NCBI GenBank assembly: GCA_963702005.1
Contig: OY969696.1
Location: 2,400,001 to 2,464,000, forward strand
Reading direction: 5' to 3'
DNA length: 64,000 nt
From: Candidatus Aminicenantes bacterium
Lineage (GTDB): Bacteria > Acidobacteriota > Aminicenantia > Aminicenantales > JAFGBC01
Every line of letters begins with the position of its first letter. Within the stretch, counting starts at the first letter, position 1. Shown here in pieces: positions 56,574 through 64,000 of this stretch. The position numbers and the translations under genes were made by a program. The notes below the pieces were generated by a model. That model searched no databases. It saw nothing but the letters and a program-made list of their open reading frames with translations, and was not told where the DNA came from.

Positions 56574-57737
56574 CTAATGTCGTGCCGTATTGTAGATGAC
56601 CAGGGCATTATTCCGGATCGTGGCCGTGGACTCGAGCATGAAGCGGCGGTGCCAATCGTCCGTGGCCATCGCGGGCGAGTTCGACAGGGCCGGTCTCCGG
56701 TAGAGCTGGATGTCGGTGACCGGCGTCTTGGAAACGGTCAGGTAGGGGCGGGCCGTCCGGCCCAGGACCTGGATCCGGATCTGGCTGATGTGGCTCAGGA
56801 ACTCGCGCTTGGTCTGGCGCGCTGCGTCGTCGTCGCCGGCTAAGATCGTCCAGTTCGCGTTGTCCCAGGGCTGGAATCCGTCGAGGGTGTCGTTGTTGTC
56901 GAAGTCGCCGTTGTATTCGAACTGGATGTTCTCGATATTCATGGCCAAGGGCATATGCTGGGGGACGCCGGCATCGGTGTTCGTCGACATGTAGAGGACG
57001 TTGGGGATGCCCAGATAGCCGTCCGTGCCCGCCGTCAGGTTGAGGCTGGGATAATCGTCGGGATCGCCGGTCGAATCCAGCCAGTATAACTTGGTCTGGG
57101 CCATAGTGATGATCCCGTCGTCCCAGCAGGTATCGTCGCAGCCCGTGTCGCTGAGGCCGCCGGGCGGGTTGACGCCGGGCGCCTGGCCGGGGGCGAACAC
57201 GACATGGGCGGTCCCGCTTCCGCAGCCGTGCATTTCATTTTGGGCGATGAACCGGAAGGCGAAGCAGCCCGGGCAGGCGGTCGACATGACAAGGACGGTT
57301 CTGTTCTCGTAGAATCCGGGGCAGTTGTAGGGCGCGTTCTCGAGTTCGTAATCGTAGAGAAAGGCCTCCGCCGAGCTCCCCTGGTAATTCCGGATGTGGA
57401 GGGCAAGCGGATCGTCGAAGTTGCCCATGAGACGGAGGGAGTCCGACGCTTCCGGGACGGGGCCGAAGGCGTCCTGGCCTTCGACCGCGTATCCCGAGAT
57501 ATCCGAGACGAGCCCGACGCCGGCCATCCGGGAGTCCCGCGACACGAAGTACATGGCGGAGCGGACGTCGTGCTGGATTTCAGAGAACTGGGTTTGGTCG
57601 ACCGAGACCTTATTGCTCCGTTCGTAGAGGGCCAGCGTTCCCACGATGACGATCAGGAGAAGCGTGCTTCCCAGGAGGAGCTCGATCAGGGTGAAACCCG
57701 TTCGCGACAGGACCCTTGTTCGTCGGCGCGTCTTCAT
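56574..57737 (-). CDS. pilW: PilW-like minor pilin (alternative start GTG 57746)
   Basis: G|FTLIELL prepilin motif, SRDSRMAG, LAMNIENIQFEY, IRN. Confidence 0.78.
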   Translation of the reverse strand: MKTRRRTRVLSRTGFTLIELLLGSTLLLIVIVGTLALYERSNKVSVDQTQFSEIQHDVRSAMYFVSRDSRMAGVGLVSDISGYAVEGQDAFGPVPEASDSLRLMGNFDDPLALHIRNYQGSSAEAFLYDYELENAPYNCPGFYENRTVLVMSTACPGCFAFRFIAQNEMHGCGSGTAHVVFAPGQAPGVNPPGGLSDTGCDDTCWDDGIITMAQTKLYWLDSTGDPDDYPSLNLTAGTDGYLGIPNVLYMSTNTDAGVPQHMPLAMNIENIQFEYNGDFDNNDTLDGFQPWDNANWTILAGDDDAARQTKREFLSHISQIRIQVLGRTARPYLTVSKTPVTDIQLYRRPALSNSPAMATDDWHRRFMLESTATIRNNALVIYNTARH

Positions 57738-57742
57738 GGTTC

Positions 57743-58192
57743 TCACCTGCTGACGATCGTCTGGATCTGGGCCCGGACTTTATGGCCCTCCGGGTCGTTG
57801 ATGAGGTCGTTGACGGGCGTCTCGAGCTGCTCGGCCGAGAAGACTGAAACTCGGACGTCCCAGAGACCCCCCGTGCTCAGGATCTGGCAGACCCTCCGGT
57901 AGTCGTAGAGCGGATTCCCCAGGCTATCGACGTCCCCGTTGACATTGATAAGATCGTCGATCGGGATTCCGGCCATGGCGCTGATCTCACCCACGGTCAT
58001 GTTCCGGACCGCGTCAATCTGCTGCTGGGCCAGAAAGGTCGCGTTGGCGATCCTGTCCGCCTGCCGGTTCTGGAGGACGGCCAGCGTGAACAGCTCGGCC
58101 AAGCCCAGGACGGCGGTCCCCATCAGGGCCATCCCAACCAGGACCTCGATCAGAGTGAATCCCTTGCCCGTTTTCGATACTCGTTGAGTCAT
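57743..58192 (-). CDS. pilV: PilV-like minor pilin
   Basis: G|FTLIEVLV prepilin motif, ATFLAQQQID. Confidence 0.75.
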   Translation of the reverse strand: MTQRVSKTGKGFTLIEVLVGMALMGTAVLGLAELFTLAVLQNRQADRIANATFLAQQQIDAVRNMTVGEISAMAGIPIDDLINVNGDVDSLGNPLYDYRRVCQILSTGGLWDVRVSVFSAEQLETPVNDLINDPEGHKVRAQIQTIVSR

Positions 58193-58193
58193 A

Positions 58194-58724
58194 TTATGAA
58201 CTCCTGGCCTTGGCGTAGAGGACGGAACCTCCCGCGTAGATGCTGACGATCCGTTCGTCGTCCTGGCCGCCCGATTTGAGCCTGTCGCTCTGCAGGGTGA
58301 CGGTGTTTTGGTTCACGGTGAAGTCCGAGACATACCCGAGAGATGAGAAGGTTACGGCCCGGTTGGGGAGGCTGATCGTTGTCGCAAAATCGGAGGGGAT
58401 GCTTTTTTCGATGAATCCGGCGAGCCTATCCCAAACGCCGGAGGTGGTCTCCTGCTCGATGAGATAGCGCCAGACGCCTTCGGTCTGGACGAAACGGATC
58501 CGGTGGTTGAGCCTAGTCCTTACGGCCATGAGCTTGGCCCGCTGCATTGTCGTCAGGATGTCCTTGGCCGAGTTATCGAACGTCCTTGTCCGTAGGGCGT
58601 TGTTGATGGCCGGAAAGATGGCGAGGGCGAAGGCGCCCAAGAGAGCGACCACGATCAGCATCTCGATGAAGGTATACCCTCGGGACAAGGACAAGTGTCC
58701 CGCCCAAACCCTGGATGTCTTCAT
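58194..58724 (-). CDS. FimT/FimU (GspH)-like minor pilin
   Basis: G|YTFIEML prepilin motif, AKLMAV, VTFSSLG; ATG at 58724. Confidence 0.75.
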   Translation of the reverse strand: MKTSRVWAGHLSLSRGYTFIEMLIVVALLGAFALAIFPAINNALRTRTFDNSAKDILTTMQRAKLMAVRTRLNHRIRFVQTEGVWRYLIEQETTSGVWDRLAGFIEKSIPSDFATTISLPNRAVTFSSLGYVSDFTVNQNTVTLQSDRLKSGGQDDERIVSIYAGGSVLYAKARSS

Positions 58725-58769
58725 GTTGGCCTGCCTCTCAAGGATGACGTCCCATCTAATTTTGTCGTC

Positions 58770-58798
58770 ATTGTATCCTTCCGTACCGACTTTTTCAA
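58770..58798 (-). promoter_or_regulatory. Putative sigma70 promoter of the minor-pilin operon
   Basis: Minus strand TTGAAA-17 nt-TACAAT. Confidence 0.6.
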
Positions 58799-58982
58799 TA
58801 CGGAGCATCCCATTTCCCAGACTGATAGACAGGCCGTCTGCAATATATATCATCGAACCGGACGCTCCCTTTGGCAATCACCTTTTGGGAGGAATCCCGG
58901 GGGGTATTTGGGAGGACCCTGTCACCCGAAAGGGTTACCACCAGATTAGTCTCCGCCAAGGCTCATTTTTGTCGATTCCCTC

Positions 58983-59011
58983 TTGACAAGATGGCGTTTT
59001 CGCACTATTGT
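58983..59011 (+). promoter_or_regulatory. Sigma70 promoter of lexA-dinB-dnaE2
   Basis: TTGACA-17 nt-TATTGT. Confidence 0.7.
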
Positions 59012-59012
59012 A

Positions 59013-59026
59013 TGTTCGGGTGAACA
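59013..59026. promoter_or_regulatory. Putative LexA operator (SOS box) TGTTC-N4-GAACA
   Basis: TGTTCgggtGAACA palindrome between the -10 box and the lexA ATG. Confidence 0.72.
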
Positions 59027-59028
59027 AA

Positions 59029-59646
59029 ATGGTAAACAAACTCAGGCGGGAACTGACTCCGAAGCAGGAGCGCGTCCTGAAGGTCCTGGAAGGCTTCGTC
59101 CTCGAGCGGGGGTACGCCCCCACGGTCCGCGAACTCGGGGCGCTCCTCGGCATCGCCAGCCCCTCGGCCGTCTTCAAGCACCTGACGAGCCTGGAAAGGA
59201 AGGGCTATCTGAAGCGGGACAGGGGAGAGGTCCGCCTGCCGGGCGCCCCGGCTCTCCTCGAGAGCCAGGTCCGCGTCCCCCTGGCCGGCCAGGTCGCGGC
59301 CGGGTCGCCGCGCGAGGCCTTCGACATCTCGGGCGAGGCCATGGACGTTCCGTCCTGGATGGTCGGCCGCCGGCGGGGCAACATCTTCTGCATCCGGGTC
59401 GACGGGAAGAGCATGATCGACGCCTACATCGACCACGGCGACCACGTCCTCCTCGAGCGGACGAACACGGCCCACTCGGGCGAGATGGTCGTTGCCCTCC
59501 TCGCGGACGGCTCGGTGACCCTCAAGCGGCTCCGCCAGGACGAGGGCGGGACCTTCCTCGTCCCCGAGAACCCGGCCTTCCAGCCGATCGAGGTCAAAGA
59601 AGCCCGCATCCTGGGGAGGGTCGTCGGGGTCCTGAGAAAGTATTGA
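59029..59646 (+). CDS. lexA: SOS repressor LexA (alternative start GTG 59020)
   Basis: LTPKQ..PTVREL..HL..LERKGY wHTH; VAAG cleavage site; GKSM catalytic Ser; VTLKR catalytic Lys; PEN. Confidence 0.93.
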   Translation: MVNKLRRELTPKQERVLKVLEGFVLERGYAPTVRELGALLGIASPSAVFKHLTSLERKGYLKRDRGEVRLPGAPALLESQVRVPLAGQVAAGSPREAFDISGEAMDVPSWMVGRRRGNIFCIRVDGKSMIDAYIDHGDHVLLERTNTAHSGEMVVALLADGSVTLKRLRQDEGGTFLVPENPAFQPIEVKEARILGRVVGVLRKY

Positions 59647-59651
59647 ACGCC

Positions 59652-60956
59652 ATGGGAATGCCGCTCCGCTCCGCTCCTTGCCGCGAGGACGGACCATCCT
59701 CGGGCAAGATTCCAGAGGACGCGCGGCATTCCCATCTTCAGCGCGCCATCGTCCATGTCGACATCGACGCTTTTTTCGCTTCGGTCGAGATCCTGCTCGA
59801 CCCGTCCCTCAAGGGCAGGCCCGTCATCGTCGGCGGCCTGCCCCACGAGCGGGGCGTCGCCTCGACCTGTTCCTACGAGGCCCGCAAGTATGGCGTCCAT
59901 TCCGGGATGCCGCTGCGGCGCTGTCAGCAGCTCTGTCCCCAGGGCGTCTTCATCCGCGGGAACCACCGGATCTATCAGGCCTTCTCGGAGAGGTTCTTCC
60001 GCATCCTTCGCGACTACACGCCCGACATCGAAGAGGCGTCCCTCGACGAGGCCTACCTCGACCTGACCCGCTGCCGCCGCCTCTATCCCTCCTTCAGCGC
60101 GGCGGCCCGGGACATGAAGAGCCGCGTCGAGCGCGAGACGGGGCTGTCCGTCTCGGTCGGAGCGGCTTCGAACAAGATCCTGGCCAAGCTCGCGACCAAG
60201 AAGGCCAAGCCGGGCGGCTTGTTCGAGCTCGTCTCGGGCGCGGAGGAGGAATTCCTGCGCGGCCTTCCGATCGAGGACCTGCCCGGGATCGGGCCCAAGG
60301 CCCAGGTCGTCCTCCGCCTGCTCAACGTCCAGACGATCGGCGACCTCTGGGGCCTGAGCCGCCCGACGCTCCACTCCCTGTTCGGAGCGGGCGGGGACGA
60401 GATCTATCTCCAGTCGCGGGGGATCGACGGCCGTCCCCTGGCGGACGCCTCCGTCCCCAAGAGCGTCTCGCGCGAGACGACCTTCCTCGAAGACCTCTGG
60501 GACGAACGGCTCCTGCTCGCCCATCTCGCCTACCTCTGCGACCGGCTGACCTTGGCCCTGCGGCGGGACGGGCTCTACGCCCACGTCATCGAGGTCAAGG
60601 CCCGCTATGCGGACTTCCGGACCGAGGTCCGGCGCCGTCTCGTCCTCTCGCCGCTCCAGGAGACGGGGAGGATTTTCCGGATCGCCGCCGAGCTCTTCCG
60701 CGGGCTCTTCACGGGGTCGCGGCTCGCCCTGAGGCTCGTCGGCGTCAAGGCCTCGGACCTGGCCCGGAGCCGGCCGCTCGCCCTGTTCGAGCCGTCCGCG
60801 GAGCGCGAGGAGAGGCTGGGCCGCGCCCTGGACGCGGTCCGCTCCAAGTACGGGTTCGGGTCCGTCCTGACCGTCCGGGAGCGGATGCTGGGCGCCCTCT
60901 ACGGTTTCGAGGCCGAGCACGGCTTCGTCCTCAAGACCGCCTCGCTCACGAAATGA
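59652..60956 (+). CDS. dinB: Y-family DNA polymerase IV (DinB) with intact catalytic motifs and a C-terminal extension; start uncertain
   Basis: HVDIDAFFAS, SYEARKYGVHSGM, SLDEAYLD, NKILAKLA, LPGIG, KSVSRETTF. Confidence 0.9.
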   Translation: MGMPLRSAPCREDGPSSGKIPEDARHSHLQRAIVHVDIDAFFASVEILLDPSLKGRPVIVGGLPHERGVASTCSYEARKYGVHSGMPLRRCQQLCPQGVFIRGNHRIYQAFSERFFRILRDYTPDIEEASLDEAYLDLTRCRRLYPSFSAAARDMKSRVERETGLSVSVGAASNKILAKLATKKAKPGGLFELVSGAEEEFLRGLPIEDLPGIGPKAQVVLRLLNVQTIGDLWGLSRPTLHSLFGAGGDEIYLQSRGIDGRPLADASVPKSVSRETTFLEDLWDERLLLAHLAYLCDRLTLALRRDGLYAHVIEVKARYADFRTEVRRRLVLSPLQETGRIFRIAAELFRGLFTGSRLALRLVGVKASDLARSRPLALFEPSAEREERLGRALDAVRSKYGFGSVLTVRERMLGALYGFEAEHGFVLKTASLTK

Positions 60957-60965
60957 GGCCCGGCC

Positions 60966-63761
60966 GTGTTCGTCCCGCTCCGCGTCCATTCCGTTTTCAG
61001 CAAAGGGAAGGGGAGCGTCCTGGTCGAGGAAGCGGCCGCCTGGACGGCGGCGAAGAAGCTTCCGGCCGCGGCCCTCGCCGACGTCGGGAACCTCTACGGC
61101 TGGAGCAGGTGGAAGCGGGCCGCCCGGGAGCGGGGCGTCGCCCCCCTGTTCGGCTGTGAGGTCGAAACCGGCCGGGGCCGGCTCCTGCTCCTTGTCCAGA
61201 GCCGCGAGGGGTACGGGAACCTCGTCGAAACGCTCAACCGCCGCGAGATGGGAAGCGGGGACGGGCTCGTCACGATCGTCCTTCCCAACCCGAAAGGTCC
61301 TGCTCCGGACATCTCCGCGGCCGACCTCTACATCGGCGCCGGGTTCGGGAATTTCAGGACGGCCCTCGAGCTGAGCCGGAGGAGCGGGCGTCCGCTCGTC
61401 TGGGTCAACCCCCTCAAGTACGTCGCCAGCCCCGAGCGGCTTATCCTCCTCCATGCCGTCGAGAAGAAACTGCCCTATCCTCCCGAGCGGGAGCGGCTCA
61501 AGGCCAAGGTCCGGCTCTACGGCCCGGACCAGGAAACGTTGGCACTCAAGAGGTTCGGCGCCGCGGCGGCCGACGCCCTCCTCCGGACCTTCGAGGTCGC
61601 CGAGAGGTGCCGGTTCGCCTTCGAGGACGTCGTCCCGCCCCTCCCGTCCGACCTGTTTCCCCACAGCCTGCGCGAGACGGTCGTGGCCCGGCTGACGGCC
61701 GCCAAGGCGCTCTCCTGGCGGGAGCGGGAGCGGGCCCGCCGCGAGCTCGAGGCCATCGAGGCCTCGGGCTTCGCGCCCTACTTCCTCATCGTCCACGACG
61801 TCGTCGAGTTCGCCCGGCGCCGCGGCATCCTCCACAACCTGCGCGGCTCGGGAGCTTCCTCGTTCCTGGCTTTCCTGCTCGGCGTCTCCCATATCAACCC
61901 CCTCGACTTCGACCTCTACTTCGAGCGCTTCCTGAACCGGGGCCGGCCCGACCCGCCCGACATCGACCTCGACTTCGACTCGCGCCGCCGCGACGAGGTC
62001 CTGGCCTACGTCCTCGAGCGCTACGGGAAGGGACGGACGGGCGCCGCCTACGTCTCGAGCGTCAAAAGCTTCGGGGCCCGCTCCGCCCTGTACGAGACGG
62101 CCCGGGCCTTGGGCGTCGCGCCCGAGGAGGCCCGGCAGCTGGCCAAGCGGGCCCCGGTCTTCGCCGAGCCGGCCTCCCTGCGGCGGGCCGCGCCGGCCCC
62201 GGGCTTCCTCGAGGTCTGGCAGCTCGCCGCCGAGCTCGACGGCGCCTACGCCGAAAGCTCGCTCCACGTGGGCGGAGTCATCCTGACGCCGGCGCCGGTC
62301 GAACGGTTCCTGCCGCTCGAGACTTCGGCCAAAGGCCTCCTCATGTGCCACTTCGACAAGGACGCCGTCGAGGACCTGAAGCTCATCAAGCTCGACCTCC
62401 TCTCGGTTCGCGGCCTGGCCGCCGTCTCGGAGACGAAGGAGAGGCTCCGCCTCCGGAGCCTGCCCGAGGACGACGTCGAGACCTGGAGTCTCGTCGCCAA
62501 GGCCCGGACGATCGGCTGCTTCCAAGTCGAGAGCCCGGCCATGATGAACCTTCTGCGTCGGATGAAGCCGCGGACCGTCCGGGACCTGACCCAGGCCCTG
62601 GCCCTGATCCGGCCCGGCCCGACCGAGAGCGGGATGAAGGAGGCCCTCCTCCGGAGCCGGGAGGGACGGGGCGAGGGCCGCGATCCCTTGTGGACGCGGG
62701 TCTTGCCCGAGACGGACGGCTTTCTCCTCTATGAGGAACAGGTCATGCAGGTCGCGGAGCGCGTGGCGGGCTTCCCCGCCGAGACGGGCGACCTCCTCCG
62801 CCGCTGCCTCAAACGGAAGGGCGGCGATCCGTCCCTCCGCGCCCGCTTCGTCCGGGAGGCGCTGGAGCGCGGCTATACGGACGACGAGGTCGAAAGGCTG
62901 TGGGCCGTCATGGAACGGTTCTCGTCCTACTCCTTTAACAAGGCTCACAGCGCCTCCTACGCCCACATGGCCTACCAGGCCGCCTACCTCAAGGCCCACC
63001 ACCCCGTCCCGTACCTCGCGGCCGTCCTCAACGCCGGCGGCGGCTATTACGGCCTCGAGGAGTACGTCGAGGAGGCCAAGCGGTCGGGCATCCGCATCCT
63101 CGGCCCCGACGCGAACCGGAGCCGCGGCGGGTTCGAGGTCGAAGGGGCCGCCATCCGGGTCGGCCTGACCGCCATCAAGGGCCTCGGCCTCAAGACGGTC
63201 GAGGCCGTCCTCCGCGAGAGGGAGGGGGGAGGGCCGTTCGGCTCGGTCGAGGACTTCCTGGCGCGGGTCCGGCCGGCCAAGGCGGAGCTGCTGGCCCTCG
63301 TCCGGGCCGGCGTCTTCGATTCCCTCGAACCGCGCCGGACGCGGCAGATCCTCCGCTACGTCCAGGGCCTCGGGGATATGGAAGAGGTCGCGGACATCGA
63401 CGCCAGGGAGAAGGAACGGATGCTGGCCGCCTCGCTGGGGTTCAGTCCCGGGACCGACCCGCTCGAGTTCTTCGAAGGGAAGCGGCCCGGGCTCCGCATC
63501 CGCGACCTCCCGGACCGGGTCGGCCGAACGGTCGAGCTCGTCGTCCGCGTCGTGGACGCCCGGGAGAAGAGAGTCAACGGCGGACGGGCCTCTAAGTATT
63601 TCTACCTGTTCGAGGACGAGACCGGCCTCCTCGAGGGCGTGAGCGAGGCACGGCTGCTCGCCTTCGGGACGCCGCCGGCCTGCTGCCTGCGGGGCGAGGT
63701 CCGCTCCGCCGGGACGGGCCGGGTCAAGCTCCTCGGTTGTTCCTTCCTCCGCTCTTTCTGA
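60966..63761 (+). CDS. dnaE2: Compact C-family DNA polymerase III alpha (DnaE2-like, likely error-prone)
   Basis: Degenerate PHP domain, RGSGASS, FERFL, PDIDLDF, KLDLL, FQVESP, IRPGP, YEEQVM, YSFNKAHS, FEDETG; follows lexA-dinB. Confidence 0.85.
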   Translation: MFVPLRVHSVFSKGKGSVLVEEAAAWTAAKKLPAAALADVGNLYGWSRWKRAARERGVAPLFGCEVETGRGRLLLLVQSREGYGNLVETLNRREMGSGDGLVTIVLPNPKGPAPDISAADLYIGAGFGNFRTALELSRRSGRPLVWVNPLKYVASPERLILLHAVEKKLPYPPERERLKAKVRLYGPDQETLALKRFGAAAADALLRTFEVAERCRFAFEDVVPPLPSDLFPHSLRETVVARLTAAKALSWRERERARRELEAIEASGFAPYFLIVHDVVEFARRRGILHNLRGSGASSFLAFLLGVSHINPLDFDLYFERFLNRGRPDPPDIDLDFDSRRRDEVLAYVLERYGKGRTGAAYVSSVKSFGARSALYETARALGVAPEEARQLAKRAPVFAEPASLRRAAPAPGFLEVWQLAAELDGAYAESSLHVGGVILTPAPVERFLPLETSAKGLLMCHFDKDAVEDLKLIKLDLLSVRGLAAVSETKERLRLRSLPEDDVETWSLVAKARTIGCFQVESPAMMNLLRRMKPRTVRDLTQALALIRPGPTESGMKEALLRSREGRGEGRDPLWTRVLPETDGFLLYEEQVMQVAERVAGFPAETGDLLRRCLKRKGGDPSLRARFVREALERGYTDDEVERLWAVMERFSSYSFNKAHSASYAHMAYQAAYLKAHHPVPYLAAVLNAGGGYYGLEEYVEEAKRSGIRILGPDANRSRGGFEVEGAAIRVGLTAIKGLGLKTVEAVLREREGGGPFGSVEDFLARVRPAKAELLALVRAGVFDSLEPRRTRQILRYVQGLGDMEEVADIDAREKERMLAASLGFSPGTDPLEFFEGKRPGLRIRDLPDRVGRTVELVVRVVDAREKRVNGGRASKYFYLFEDETGLLEGVSEARLLAFGTPPACCLRGEVRSAGTGRVKLLGCSFLRSF

Positions 63762-63960
63762 CCCGTTCGCCGATGCTACCCCGCCTTGAAAGGCGGGGCT
63801 AAAAATCGGAGCCCCGCCTTTCAAGGCGGGGACGAGAAGCGACACTTTTGTACTCAGCCCTTTTAGCAAGGAATGGGGCTGAGTAGGCTCAGGGTTAACC
63901 CTAATCAAGCCCCGGCATTCAGCACTCATGAACCGGAAACGGTTCATGAGTACAGTCGCT
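63758..63960. mobile_element. Palindrome element, copy C (expanded with nested hairpins; right end probably beyond the window)
   Basis: TGACCCGTTCGCCGATGCTA; inverted 22-nt doublet 63779-63800/63810-63831; AGGCTCAGGGTTAA and AAGCCCCGGC shared with copy A; extra stems at 63851-63885 and 63924-63951. Confidence 0.65.
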
Positions 63961-64000
63961 CCAATGCCTGTACTACGCGGATCCCACAGAATTGAGTCCA

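Noticed and set aside
58725-58982. c-di-GMP riboswitch or sigma54 promoter upstream of the pilin operon
   Set aside because: I could not find the GEMM consensus elements or a correctly spaced GG-N10-GC; a good sigma70 promoter explains the region.
58983-59651. Apparent 657-aa extended DinB
   Set aside because: The extension overlaps lexA in another frame and starts at the TTG of the -35 box.
59424-63947. 1507-aa minus-strand ORF
   Set aside because: Antisense shadow of the GC-rich lexA-dinB-dnaE2 genes with no recognisable motifs. The same applies to other long antisense ORFs such as 16188..18362, 21803..24028 and 9419..11068.
63758-64000. Possible CRISPR array or tRNA among the palindromes
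   Set aside because: No identical direct repeats with regular unique spacers, no cas genes and no cloverleaf/TTCGA arm; treated as a REP/MITE-like element.

Overview
High-GC, gene-dense bacterial chromosome segment from a diderm organism. The gene content suggests Acidobacteriota/Aminicenantia, but that is an inference. About 50 genes: translation and quality control (efp, RNase Z-like, rnhC, AlaX, ybaK); a long envelope operon (GNAT-ribH-nusB-lysS-lolC/E-lolD-bamA-skp-fabZ-lpxA-lpxI-Gfo/Idh/MocA); assorted proteases and hydrolases; a type IV minor-pilin cluster ending in a PilY1-like adhesin with FG-GAP repeats; and a lexA-dinB-dnaE2 cassette. I saw no rRNA, tRNA, CRISPR array or transposase. 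Most notable: (1) a three-gene SOS mutagenesis cassette with an apparently catalytically intact DinB in place of imuA/imuB, and a perfect TGTTC-N4-GAACA palindrome over its predicted transcription start; (2) a dispersed, modular family of TTGAC-bounded hairpin elements with IS200/IS605-like hairpins and nested TACT..AGTA hairpins, one overlapping the speE -35 box and another the dnaE2 stop codon; (3) an EF-P with a non-canonical PGRW loop coupled to a GHMP sugar kinase; (4) a ceramide-synthase-like GNAT heading the outer-membrane operon; (5) an intact AmpC-fold lipoprotein lacking all three catalytic motifs. All family calls are by motif recognition; no database searches were run.
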